Part shown: positions 63,250 through 64,000 of the stretch, one piece after another
Numbering within the stretch: the first letter of the stretch is position 1
How the letters are laid out: each line of letters begins with the position of its first letter
NCBI GenBank assembly: GCA_002633005.1
Contig: NMRA01000088.1
Coordinates: forward strand, 492,186-556,185
Direction of reading: 5' to 3'
From: Phoronis australis
Lineage: Eukaryota; Animalia; Phoronida
DNA: 64,000 nucleotides
The notes under the pieces: model-generated
Told to the model about the DNA's origin: nothing
Databases searched by the model: none
Seen by the model: only the letters and a program-made list of their open reading frames with translations
Made by a program: the position numbers and the translations under genes

Positions 63250-64000
63250 AGGAGAATGCCACCCAAAAAACAACCTATTTTGTATCAATTTAGATCGAGT
63301 AGTTCCACTCGATAACAGCAAGTTCAGTTGTTTTACCTGACACCTGACGTCAGACGGAGGTGTTGAAATTAACCAATGACGTAATCGGTTCGTACGCACT
63401 CGTTTCAGCCGTTCACAACACGCTTACTGGTGTCAACTTATCGCTTGAATGCATCGTTTTACACTAATAAATCATCAAAGTTCGATGTGAAACCCTTACA
63501 AATATATTGAGTTCTTGAACAAAAGTATTGTTTTATTTCACTGTTACGGATTCATAGGTATTTGAACGTGCCGTAGCCTACAGAGGGCGGTAGGCCACTT
63601 AACCATGGTCGATCGCGGGAGTTTGGATCTGTTTGGTGATAAATTCGAATCATTCTTCCATGAAATACAGACAGGAGAACATAGCTGTGTGTTGCACTTT
63701 TAGACTTGCAATTTTTTTCAGCTCTAAACACACAAAACGCTTGGTATCCCAACCGGTGTCTCGGAACCCGAACAGACCCGTCCCGGCCGCCGGAACTGGA
63801 CATCACAAACATAAACAAGCTTAGGTTGGAAACTAAACCTCCAGTCACAAAAAGACTACACAGTGAGCCAATGAAATAATGTGCACGTAATTATTTTGGT
63901 GACCCGAAACTGCAAATCTACTTACTTGTCGGGAGCCGCGAAGTCAGGTTCCCTTCCACAGAACCGTCAGGGCAAAAGTTGTACAGTAACAATGATGTGA
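63250..64000 (-). mobile_element. Second Kolobok-type copy, inverted, running off the window end
   Basis: TTAA|AGGAGAATGCCACCC, then a collinear reverse-complement match to 27856 down to about 27167, with an extra segment of about 65 bp at about 63903-63968. Confidence 0.88.

Overview
Eukaryotic (animal, probably marine invertebrate; species cannot be determined here) genomic DNA with three spliced protein-coding genes that I assembled by hand. (1) The last three exons of an AP-2 (TFAP2) transcription factor gene on the + strand (2185-5319). (2) A complete, apparently uncharacterised 196-aa secreted protein on the + strand (24630-37577) with two tandem 8-cysteine domains distantly resembling chitin-binding type-2 (CBM14/peritrophin-A) modules; a frameshifted paralogous exon lies at about 14.3 kb. 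(3) An RZ-family RGS gene (RGS17/19/20 type, with cysteine string) on the - strand (60269-45875; five coding exons, 221 aa), most of which the ORF track misses. Introns and intergenic DNA carry many DNA-transposon remnants: a Kolobok-type element with TIRs, TTAA TSDs, a THAP domain and an antisense YxFEP exon; a second, inverted copy of it; two MITE families with 5-bp TSDs (one nested in the other); Harbinger-like MITEs; and a probable Crypton relic. There are also several mini- and microsatellites. The most intriguing arrangement is the symmetric 267-nt domain exon of gene 2. It is bracketed by long inverted repeats, and its back-splice junction would create an ATG opening a stop-free circular ORF. 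No database searches were possible, so family calls rest on motifs recognised by eye.
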